A program made the position numbers and the translations under genes. Source: Octopus vulgaris (lineage: Eukaryota). From it: a stretch of DNA of 64,000 nt. Below are positions 11,601 to 23,647 of this stretch, one piece after another (positions within the stretch are counted from its first letter, which is position 1; every line of letters begins with the position of its first letter). Location of the stretch: assembly GCA_951406725.2 (NCBI GenBank), contig OX597823.1, forward strand, positions 23,560,001 to 23,624,000, read 5' to 3'. The notes beneath the pieces are model-generated. The model worked only from the letters and a program-made list of their open reading frames with translations. It did not search any database and was not told the DNA's origin.

Positions 11601-14600
11601 AACTGGATGTCCTGTTCGATCTTCATCTTCTAGGCTGAAATATCCACTTCTGAATTTTGTAAACAATCTTCTGCAAGTTCATTCATTCTTTCCCATAAAC
11701 TGTGTCGTTTTGAGTTGCTTCGGCTGCAGAGTTTCCTTTTTCGTACTCATAAAACATTATGAGCCTCAAATGCCCTTTGGATACTTCCATGTTAGAAAGG
11801 GTTTTAATCAAAGAAAATTTAATTCTATTATTATAATAATATTTAATTAGCTTAGATGTACACAAATGCATAAAAATAATTTTTAATTCCATTAGACATT
11901 TTAGAATACTATTAAATTTCATTCAATTTTAAAATAAGGTAAAATCGGACAGAACTTACGGGATGACCAGATATATATTTATATTACATTCATATATATA
12001 TATATGTACACATGCACATATATATATGCACATACACACACATATGTACAAATAATTGCATGCATGCATACATACACACGCACGCATGCACACACACATG
12101 CATACATACATGTAAGTATGCATGTACTTATATTTGTGTGAAAATGTCTTCCATTTGCTTCACTCAATATCATCTATTCTAAATTAGTCATTTTTACTTC
12201 ATTGTCTTCCACCTCATGACATACAAGCAATCTTGGTATCAAGTTCTCTTTTCAATTTCAGTTACACTGACCATTGACTGTGGACCGCCAAAAGATGTTG
12301 CTGGTGCATCAAAGTTTTACAAAAACACAGCCTATAAATCTGAAGTGACCTATAGCTGTCGAGATGGACCAAGCAAAAAGTCAGTATGTGGAAAGAACAG
12401 TAAATGGACTCCAGTTGCGCTTATTTGTAATGGTAATGTAGATAACTTCTTTATTATTGTTTCTTTCTTGGTGATCTCTATATTATAATTCTGAAATGTG
12501 AAAAGTTTGTTTGTTTGTCTGGTTTTGGCATTGAGAACGGGATTGACTAGATCTCGTCGGATTGACTCCAAAGTTTACAGGGACATGTAAAATGAGGTGA
12601 GGATGCGAGTGGGCTACATTAGAAATTCCTGTCTTAAAAGGTGTGGTTACTAGGGCAAAAACGCACACTTTGACAAGTCTTCTCTCATTCTGTTATCTGT
12701 CTGTCTTCCGTTCATCTCTCTTTCCTCCCTTCGTTTCACTTTCTCTCTATAATGTCGTTTGACAGTGTCTACTATCTTTCCCTCCACCGCCTTCACTCTT
12801 TCTCTCACATCCTCTCTCTCTCTCTCTCTACGTCTGTCTGCATTCATAGAGAGAATTATTATCGCTACCACAACCACACAATCATGAGAACAAATATTAT
12901 GAATCAGACTAGCTTAAGGTGACCCACTCTACGCACATTCTCCCTCTTTGTTTCTCTCTCCTTTCTCTCTTACTTTCCCACTCTCTTACCCTCCCTTTGT
13001 CTAGGTCTTTCCCTCACTTTCTCTTACTCTCTATCTTTCTCTATCTATCTCTCTCCCATTTATAAACAACAAAAGATCTTGAGTAAGTTGAGAAAGAAAA
13101 TATTTTGAAAGATCAATCATAAATATCAGGCAGTGACAACAGAAAGGTCTGCTTCAAGGCAGACAGCAAAACACTAACATTTAAAAGGGACAGACGAACT
13201 TGCGAGCTGAATAAAAATAAAAAATATTGGAAACCAAAGTTTGAAGGGATAGAACCTGAGGATAGTAGAGTCACCAACTGGCTTTCCGTTTTGGTGTAAA
13301 ATGCCAGCTATAGCTACTTCTGATGCATCTGATTCTATTGAGAAAGGAAGGATTTCATCAATCACTGTTAAAGTAGCGTTTGCTAAACCATCTCGTAAAG
13401 TTTTTAAACTTGACAAGGCTAGTTCACTCAAAAGAAAATATTTAGTATCAACCAACGGTTTTATCTTGTCAGAGAATTTGGGAATCCATTTAGAATAATA
13501 CGCAAATAGACCAACAATTCGACTCAATGCTTTGTGGGTACTAGGAATAGGTAGTTCTAGTAAGGGTTTTACCCGGTCAGGGTTAGGTTTCAAGTTACCA
13601 TTTTGAATTTCATAGCCAAGCAATCGAATCCGTGTAGTGCTGTAGATGCATTTGGTATCATTAAAAGTTAAATTACAGTCCTTAGCAACTTGAAGAAAAT
13701 GTTTTAACTTTCGATCATGTTCTTCCTTCGATTTACCGCACACAGTTATGTTGTCGATATATGCAAAATTAGCTCTACAATTATGGCTTTCGATTATATT
13801 ATCGATCACTCTCTGGAAACAGGGCACTGCATTTGTAAGTCCAAAAGCAATACATTTGCTTTGATACAATTTTCCCTGCGCTTTGAAAGCCGTGTAAGGT
13901 TGATCTTCGACTGGAATCTCACCTTGATGATATGCACTTTTGAGATCTAGTGTGCTAAAATAATTTAATTGAGCTATTTTTGTGACCATATCATGCATAT
14001 TTGGCAGTGGATATCCATCTAATTGCGTAAACCTATTTATAGTCTCACTATAATCAATACACAGTCTCTTGCGATGATTTTCTCCTGATATTACCAATAC
14101 CTGGGCTCGCCAGGGAGAAACACTGGGTTCAATTAGCCCTTCTGCCAGATCTTGGCTTATAGTATCAGCAATAAATTTTTCATTATTGGCGGACTGTCTT
14201 CTCGATTTCGTAACTATGGGTTTACAGTCAGAGTTTAAATTTTCAAACAACCTCAGTGTAATGTCATGTTAGAGCTCTCAAATGTAACAGGTGCTTATTA
14301 CCGTCAAAGGTAATTTGTACATGTTGATGCTGTTTTAAGAAATTTTGTCCTAAAATTATATCTACAAACAAATTATCAAGTACCACCAGGTTTACTTTCT
14401 CATAATTTCTTCCATGAAGTTCAATTGAACTCATACTATAACCGTTGCTTTGGGAATGATTTCCATTGACAGCCATGTTAATTTCATTCTTTTCAGACTT
14501 CACCACCAATTTGTTTTTCTTTGCAAAGTCTTTGCTAATATGATTTATAGTAGAGCTGGTATCAATCAAAGCAAATGCTTTCACACCATCGACTTTTATT

Positions 14601-15499
14601 GTATAATTAACTTTAGTAGCAGCTCCAACTTGACATAAAGCCATGGCGAAGTTGCCATCATCAAGAGCTGCTGATGTCTTACCAAAATTTTTAGTTACTT
14701 GACTGGCATTCTTTAGCAAAATGACCAAAATATTCACATTTGTAACACTTGCTCCACCTAGCAGGACACTTAAACCTCGGATGAAAATCATTAGGTCTGC
14801 AAAAAGTGCAGGATTTTTGAGTTCGTTTTGTCACTGAACAACCTCTATTTCCACCAGGAATTGAGATTTTGTCTTCTTCACGTGGAATAAACGTTGACAA
14901 ACAGCTTCCCTGGCTGTTTATAGCAGACTGACTGCTATTATACACTTTGAAATTCCTTTGAGCAACTTCCAGCGGACGGGCTTGGTTAAATATTGCTTCT
15001 AAAGTTATCGCCGCATCTTGAATATTTTCTAAAAGTCTAAGGCGAGTTGAAGATGACATTAATCCCGAGATAAATGCGTCAAGAACAGCTTCATTTTTGT
15101 GAGTCTCAGCGTCCACAGCTCTGTACCCGCAATCTTTAGCTAGTCGTTTCAATTTCTGTAAATAGTCGTCAACTGATTGACCTGGTTCTTGTTTGCATGT
15201 CATTAAAAGGTATCTCGCAAAAATAATGTTCAATGGTTTCACGTACATTCTCTCCAGAGTTTCAATTGCTTCTGAGTAATTCTCACATTCACATATGAGT
15301 TCGTAAGAGTCTTTATCTATGTGTGCTATTAAACACTTAAGTTTGCTTTCATCCATGATAGGCGGTTCAGCAGGAAATGATACTAAAAAATTTTTTTAAG
15401 TTCTGAACCAATATTTCCATTCTTTTGAAGCTTGATTTGAACTTCAATCAGTGATACACACACACACACACATGCATGCACACACACACACACATGCAT

Positions 15500-15550
<51 letters not shown>

Positions 15551-18500
15551 CATACATACATGTAAGTATGCATGTACTTATATTTGTGTGAAAATGTCTT
15601 CCATTTGCTTCACTCAATATCATCTATTCTAAATTAGTCATTTTTACTTCATTGTCTTCCACTTCATGACATGCAAGCAATCTTGGTATCAAGTTCTCTT
15701 TTCAATTTCAGGCACAATGACCATTGACTGTGGACCGCCAAAAGATGTTGCTGGTGCATCAAAGGTTTACAATACCACAGCCTATAAATCTGAAGTGACC
15801 TATAGCTGTCCAAGTGGAGTAAACCAAAAGTCAGTATGTGGAAAGAATAATAAATGGACTCCAGTTGTGCCTATTTGTAAAGGTAATGCAGATAACTTCT
15901 TTATTATTGTTTCTTTCTTGGTAATTTTGTTACGTTTTTCTGTTGTCTTTGTGAGAGAAATTCTGTACAATATAAAGTTTGAATCCTTCCTTACTAAAAC
16001 TCAGCAACCCTCTGAAACATATCTCTGATGCTCTTGTTTTCTTCCAGTCCACCACCATTAATTATGATAATGCTACTAATAATAATGATGACTGATTTTT
16101 GCTAAAATCTAACAGTTTTTGATGGGGGGCTGCTTAATCAATATTGTCAATACTACTCTTTAGTTGGTACTTTGCTATTCACCCATGCAAGTATGGAAAA
16201 AAAAGTTGGATTTGAACTGAGAACATGAAGAAGTTGGATACATAGTGTAAACTATTTTTTATAAAGCTCTAATTAGTATACCTGTATATATTAAAAACAA
16301 AGATGATAATGATGTTGATAATCATTTTGAATGTAAAAGGGTCTCTATCTGAGACCAATTGAAGAACCCCACCATTGAAGATTACCATGAAGTCTATGGA
16401 CAAGCATCCTCTGCAATTTTCATTCCTTGTCCTACAGTTTCATGCACTGTTGTTCCCATCTACTCCTATCATTTTTGCCACATTCACCTCTCTTTCAATA
16501 ATTTCCATTGAGGACAGTTCCATCCTCACCTTCCTTACAAGTGAAACTTTAAAACTGCAGACGAAGGATTGACCAAAGTGAAATGCTACTGTCATCCAAT
16601 CTTTAACCTCTTCCTCAATGCAACTTCTTTTGCAACAATAACCAAACAGAGGAAAATTTCCTTCTCTGCCAAATTAAATGAAGGTGTGAGGTAATCACCA
16701 TGATGGACTTGGCTTGCACAAATATGCATTCTGCACATAACAGCAACTCTTTGACATAACTCCTGTGTTTGGTTGAAGAATGGGCCAAAATCTTTCTTGC
16801 ACATTCCCACATTCTTCCTCACCAGTGTCTCCAGACTCTGAACAATAGTACTAAGAATTCTCCTGCTATTATGGTAGATGTCTGCCAAAAGGCTGCCAAA
16901 CAAATCTGGCATGAACTCAGAGAATTCATAGGGTAGACCATCCAAACCAGACAATTTCTGACCTGTTTCTAACCTGTGCAATCACTCATCACTCCTGTAT
17001 TTCAGTGGCTGTCATTTGTCTTTTGCAGAACCTTGCATCTGTTGTAGAATCACAGCAGGCTGTCCAGGTACAAACTAAAGTCCATCTGTTCAGAACCAAG
17101 TAGCATGTGCTACTGTTTGTTTTGGTTTGGTTTGGTTTCTATGGCCTTTCCTAGCACCAATCCCACTGCAGAGTGTACTGGGTGCTATTTATGTGGCACA
17201 ATCACCAATGATTTTTACATGGCTCCTGCACCAATGCTTTTTACATTGTACCTCAGTTTTAGGATCTCCATTCTGTTGTGATGGGCAGGTCTTCTCAAGT
17301 GCAGCAATGTGCCACATATCTCAGTCCTCTGTCATCCCCTTCGTAAGGTTCACATAGAAGTTAATGCATGCTCTGTAGTGAATTAACTATCCTCTGGTCA
17401 GTCAAAACTTATGAAATATGGCCAACAACAGACGATATAAAACTAAATTCTAATGAGAAAGAATGATGAGCTTTAGAGCAAGATGTTTTTATAGTTTTTC
17501 AAATAACAGTATTAAGATTTAAAATTTTACTAATATAGTGAAGCAGAGTAATATTATAGATAACGTCCTTGATTTTTGCTTCATAGTTAATACCGTTTAC
17601 TTCTTAACATAAAATGAATGAGTAATTTTGTTTTAATTGAAATATTTTTATAACAAATAAGAGAATAGAAAATGAAAATGAGAGAGAACAAAATAAACTG
17701 TAAACATATAGCTGAACATTACAACATTGGTGACATGAATATGCTCCATATTCATTGTGAAGCTCTTAGATTTCTAAATGATCCTCTGAACAGCTACCAC
17801 ATGAGGAATGTTATGCTCTCTAAATTACAGCCTTATCCTGAAGAACTGAAGGGATTTTTAATAAAAATAATGTAGAATTGATCTTTTTCCATAAAACTTT
17901 TAGGAACTGTCTTTTCCTATGCTTCATTTGGGATGAAAATAAATACACCTGAAGGACAGAGATCTAATTGTTTCAAAGTTCAGGGACAAACTTATACAAT
18001 TTCTACTCTTCACCCTGAAAGCCAAAGCCCACAGTAGAGTCAATTATCTATATTGGATCATCCCATAAATAATGTGTTGTTTTTTTAATTGCATGAACTA
18101 AAAACCAGAAGGGAGTGGAATAAACTATCTGCATCACTTTGCTTTAAAAGCAGGTAGTAATTTTACCTTTTTCTTATTCTTAGTGTAAACTTTGAAGAGT
18201 GCAGTTCTATTTTAAAAGTTATTTTTTCAAAGCTATAATTCCTTTCGAGTGCTGAGCCTCACAGAGGCAAAGTGGCTCAGTTCTTTTTGAGTGTTGGGCC
18301 TCATGGAAGCAGTGACTGAGACCTTTGGCATTATGTCGTGCTTGAGAAGAAAACCCATCAAGCCAAGCAAAATCGCAGTCATTGTAGATACTGGTTTCAT
18401 GCAAATTGTTACCTATGCTGGTGGCATGTAAAAGCACCTATTACACTTTCAGAGTGGTTGGCATTTGGAAGGACATCCAGCCATAGAAAACCATGCCAAA

Positions 18501-21500
18501 TCAGACTACAGTCTGGTGCAGCCTTCCAGTGTATCAATCTGGTCAAGCCTTCCAACCATGCCAGTCTGGACAAGGGACATTAAATGATGATGAGGATGAT
18601 GATAATGGAAGTAACAAAGGAGTATATTTGGCATATTTTGCTTTATGAATTCAATAAAGGCAACTATGCAATGGAAAGTGTGAGGAATATTAATGCAGTT
18701 TATGGGGATCTGAAATGGACAATAAATGTAAACCAGTGTCAACGGTGGTTCCAGAAATTCTGAGCTAGAAACTACAACCTAGAAAATACCCCTTGTCCTG
18801 AAAGATCTGTAGAGCTTGACAAGGAATACTGCAAATCCTGGTGGAAGAAAATCCCATCATAACTGTTGAGGAACTAGCAGAGAAGCTTTGATTTGGTCAT
18901 TCAACCATTTATCAACACTTGCGTGCCATCGGAAAAGTCAGCAAATTGGATCAATGGCCTCCTCACAAACTTCCTGAGTTTAATCACATGCAAAGAGTGA
19001 ATGTGTGCTCTTCTTTGCTGTCATGTCTCATGAATGGACCTTTTTTGGACCAAATAGTGACTGGTTACAAGAAATGATCTCTCTATAAAAATTTCAAGCA
19101 CTGAAGACAGTGGCTAGGGAAAAGAGAAACACTGGCACCCCATGCTAAAGAAAGTCTTCACTCACATAAAATGTTTTTTATCTGTTTGGTGGGCTATGTA
19201 AGGTTTAGTCCACTTTGAACTTATAAACCCAAACCAAACGATAACAAAGTAGATCTACTGCAAGCAGCTTGAGCAGCTTATGTCAACACTAGAAAAAAGA
19301 TTACCATCTTCAGTTTGAAGATGAAAGGTGTTCTTCCATCAGGATAATGTTTGGCCACATACAGCGAGGATGACCTTCCAAAGGATAGAGCAGTTTGAAT
19401 GAGAAACGATGCTCCACACACCATATTTGCAGGACATTGCCTCATCTGATTATCTTTTATTCCACAGTCTTCAAAATCATTTGGATGGAAAAAATATGAA
19501 TTCTGTAGACGAGGTCAGAATAGTACTGGAGGAGTATTTTTCATCATGGACAAGTGAATTTTGGAAGTAGGTCCTTACAAGTCTACCAGATAGATAGAAG
19601 AGCGTTGTAGAAAATGAAGGAGAGTATATTTTAGATTAAAAAAGAACTTTATCTTAATTTTGAAAAATAAAAGAGGCATAAAAATAGCCAAACTATTTAT
19701 GGGATGACCCAATAATTGAAACAAAGGAAGCTCCAGATGGAAGCTCCTCAAAATTCTCAATGTTTAGCTAACATAATGAATATCATTCAAAATGTTATTC
19801 ATTGCTATAATTCTTATGTTTAGTTACATAAAAAGATGCAGTCAGTGTAATTAGAAGAAGCACATCATTCCAAAACAATGTTCCTATTTGTAAAGTGGAA
19901 CTTCATTTCAGGTGAGGTGTAGACATTAAGTAGCATTCTTTTCCAAGTAGTGAAATTACAGCTGTATTTATTGGTGAAAATGAAGCACCTCTTGAGAATA
20001 GGGCTGTTTTAATTAATCTCAGAATTGTTCCTTTCCAAAGAAATTCTTATTTGTCATGTCATCTAGATCCAATGTGCTATCCACGTCTGTTTTCTCATAG
20101 TGAATTTGAGTGGCACAAAGAAATCCAGCACCACGAAGCTTATAGAACACCTGTTCATTCTATGGTCACCATGCAACAAATTTATAATTTTGTGATATGT
20201 CCTGCATTATGATGACATAACTTCGTCTGTGTGACTGGCCCAAACAGCATACCTAACTGACTGGCACTACTTACTGTGTCTGTCCGCTATTTATTATTAC
20301 TGGACCAGCCCACTTCTCAGCTGGGAGTGTCTGCCACAACACCTCCCTCCTTTGAGAATTTTCCTTTTCGTATAATACAACATTACATTCATTTAATTTT
20401 TTCCTTTCTTTTTTTTTCTAACCTGAATTATATTTCTCTTCTTATTTAGATTCTTACTTGTTCCACATAGAATTACATATTTTTTTTCAACACCACATTA
20501 TTTTTTTTTTCATTTCTTTTTCTTCTAACCAATTATTTTTCTCTTCATATTTAGATTTTTTCTTGTTCCAGACAGAATTATATATTTTTTTCAAAATTCT
20601 GCAGGTAGTACAGTCTTCATTGTTTACTGGTAGCACAAATTAACATATAGTGACCTGACTTAAATCTTTTTTTGCTCCACCCAGAACCATATATTTTCCA
20701 AAATGCCGCAGGTAGTACCAGTCTACATTGTTTACCGGAAGTGCTATCAACATATAACGACCTGACATAAATCCGTCAAACAGATTTATATTATTTTTCT
20801 CTTCAGTTCTGTGTTTGAGTTCCAGTTTTATCAGACATTTTTTCTTCAGAATCTTTTTTAATATATTTTTCACCGTGTTCATACATTGTGTGTTGTTCAG
20901 TTCTGTGTTTGAGTTCCAGTTTTATCAGACATTTTTTCTTCAGAATCTTTTTTAATATATTTTTCACTGTGTTCATACATTGTGTGTTGTTCAGTTCTGT
21001 GTTAGAGTTCCAATTTTATCAGACATTTTTTCTTCAGAATTTTTTTTTTATATTTTCCCTGTGTGAAGTTCAATTCCGTGCTAGAGCTCCAGTTTTATCT
21101 GACATTTTCTCTTCAGAATCTTTTTTTTTTATATACTTTTCACTGTGTGTATATTACTTTTCACCGTGTGAAGTTCAAATCCCACCTTGGGATTTTTAAC
21201 ATTTTTCTGCAGCGTGAGCTCTATGTCCTACATTATGACAACGTAACTTCATCATCTGTGAGACTGGCTTGAAAAGTGTACCTTGTTGACTGACCCTACT
21301 TACTGAGCCTGTCCACTATTTATTAGTAGTGGACCAGCCCTCTTCTCACCTGGGGGCGTCTGCCACAACATTTTGTTTGGCTGTTAGACATGGTTTTAGT
21401 GTTATCCATAGAGCAGAATAACATGTAAAGATTGAGGGATGCCATTCACAATTTATTAGGAACAATCATTCTCGATTTCATGTTGAAGAGTACAGAGGGC

Positions 21501-23612
21501 TAAAGGGCCATCTCAATGCAGAAGAAGAAAGCAGTTTTGAGCTGGGAGTTCCAGTTATACTTCTTTCTTCATTTCAAGGAAGTTCACAGAGCATGCATCA
21601 CTCTTAAAATTGCAATGGCAATAGTAGCAAGATACTGTAAAGCAGATCTTTTTTTAACTGGCACATGTAGTCTGAAAATCCCAGAAATCTTCAAATACCT
21701 TGAGTCAAACTAACACCCAGTGAATCAAATTTACTTTTCACATTACAAAGAACTCAGTTTCCTTTTACATTAGATTATTCAATGACAATGAAGCACAAGG
21801 TCAGACATTCAATAAGATAGGGATTTGCCTACCCTAACCACTATTTAGTCATGGACAGTTGTATGTTGTATTTTTTAGGATCAGGAAACTAAATGATATT
21901 GTTGTTAAAGTAGTGAATACCAACAGGCAAGGAAAACAAAGAGGGAAAAGTATCACTAAAATCATTGTATATAAGGAAGTATTAAATTAATGGTATTCTG
22001 ATAATGATAATTAATGGATTCAAGATTTAAATGATACAATGATGTAATAATTATACAACAGTGAAATTATTGCAATGTAATCAATTATTGATTTTTATTG
22101 ATATATTTCTTTTGCAACTCATATTCACTATATAAATTGCATGTCTATGCTTATTTAAATGTAAATAAAATAATGTGTATTTTAAAATATAATCATTATT
22201 CCTTATCTAAGAAACCATGGATGAGAATTACTTCCAAAAATAATGTTTGAACACAAGTTATCTACTGTCTTAGTTTTAATGACTGTAAAGTTATCATGGG
22301 TCCAGTTACAACATACTGAGATTTGTAAATGTGGTATCTAGATAGTCAAACCATAACAGAATAATATTATGGATAATGGTTTTAATTTCATTTTGGAGTA
22401 ATCATTGTTTAAAGCATTTACTCTATACATAACTCTCTCAAAAGATTTTCAATAATTTCGATCATATTGATGAAAATTGAAAAACTGTGGACCAGTATTT
22501 ATTCATACAGTTTGCTGCTACAATGGCATCTTTAGTATTACCTATGTGAACATTACAAAATCTCAAAATCACAAGAAATACTATTTCAAAAGAGCTTATA
22601 TATTTCCTATTCTTCAAAAGCTTGCAAAATACCTGCAGATTTTTTCAAATTACTATATTAATATTTGTTAAAATCCTACAAAAAACAGTACCAAAATAAT
22701 ATAATCTCTTTAATTTTGTTACATACTTAAGGGCGTTTACTTCTTGATGTTAAGCAAGAGAATAAACTATAACAATTCGCTATGTAGAAGACTTAACAAA
22801 TGTATAACAAAGACTATAACCTTCAGAGATGTTTTTGTTTCTTAAGACTGTATTTTCAATACTACAACATGGATCCTTACATGATCTCAAAAAGGAAATG
22901 TTTTTTAAAAATATACAATTTCAAAAGAAACATTAATTTTTATGGTTCAGTATAAACTTCCAACTAGATAAAAAATTTTGTATTTATTATGGAATTCCTA
23001 TGGGTACTGCTAGTTATAATTATTTTTGTTGTTAAGAGTTTAGGATAGAGAAAATCATAAAAGCATCAGACAAAATTATCATCATCATTGTTTAGCATCT
23101 GCTTTCCATGCAGGCATGGGTTGGATGGTTTGACAGGAGCCAACCGATTAGAAGACTACCCCAGGTTGCTGATTCTGTTTTGGCAGTGTCTTTACATTTG
23201 GATGCCCTTCCTAACACCAACCACTCTGCCGAGCAGACTGAGTGCTTTTTATGTGGTACCAGCACAGGCATGGTCAGTTTTGGCATGGTTTTTGCAGCTG
23301 GATGCCCTTCCAAATGCCAACCACTTTACAGTGTGGACTAGATGCTTTTCATGTGACATCAGCACCAGCCAGGTCACCAAGTAACTTGCAAGACAAGGAA
23401 TTTTGAGAGGAGAGAAAGTATTGGAGGAGGGGGATCTTGTGTCAGATAATGAAAGGTTAGAGTGTGATGGAGAACAGAGATGGGTGTCTTGCTATAGAGG
23501 GGCATTGGAAAAAGAGACCTTGCATCAGATGATAAAAGGTTAGAGTGTGACAGATAAACAGAGAGGCAGAACCAGGTGCCTTGCCATAGAGAAAGTACAG
23601 GGTTACCCAGCT

Positions 23613-23647
<35 letters not shown>

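Larger units (their letters stand above)
17600..23013 (+). mobile_element. Decayed Helitron (Rep/PIF1 helicase remnants) interrupted by later insertions
   Basis: [43 protein letters not shown]; 3' end gggtactgCTAG|t at 23010-23013. Confidence 0.8.

Noticed and set aside
20780-21180. CRISPR-like repeat array
   Set aside because: Contiguous ~85 nt tandem repeats without unique spacers in a eukaryotic LTR element; no cas genes.
12475-23013. One giant Helitron capturing exon S2
   Set aside because: The intron after S2 is collinear with the introns after S3 and S5, so S2 is in its ancestral context; the two Helitron-like ends more likely belong to separate insertions.
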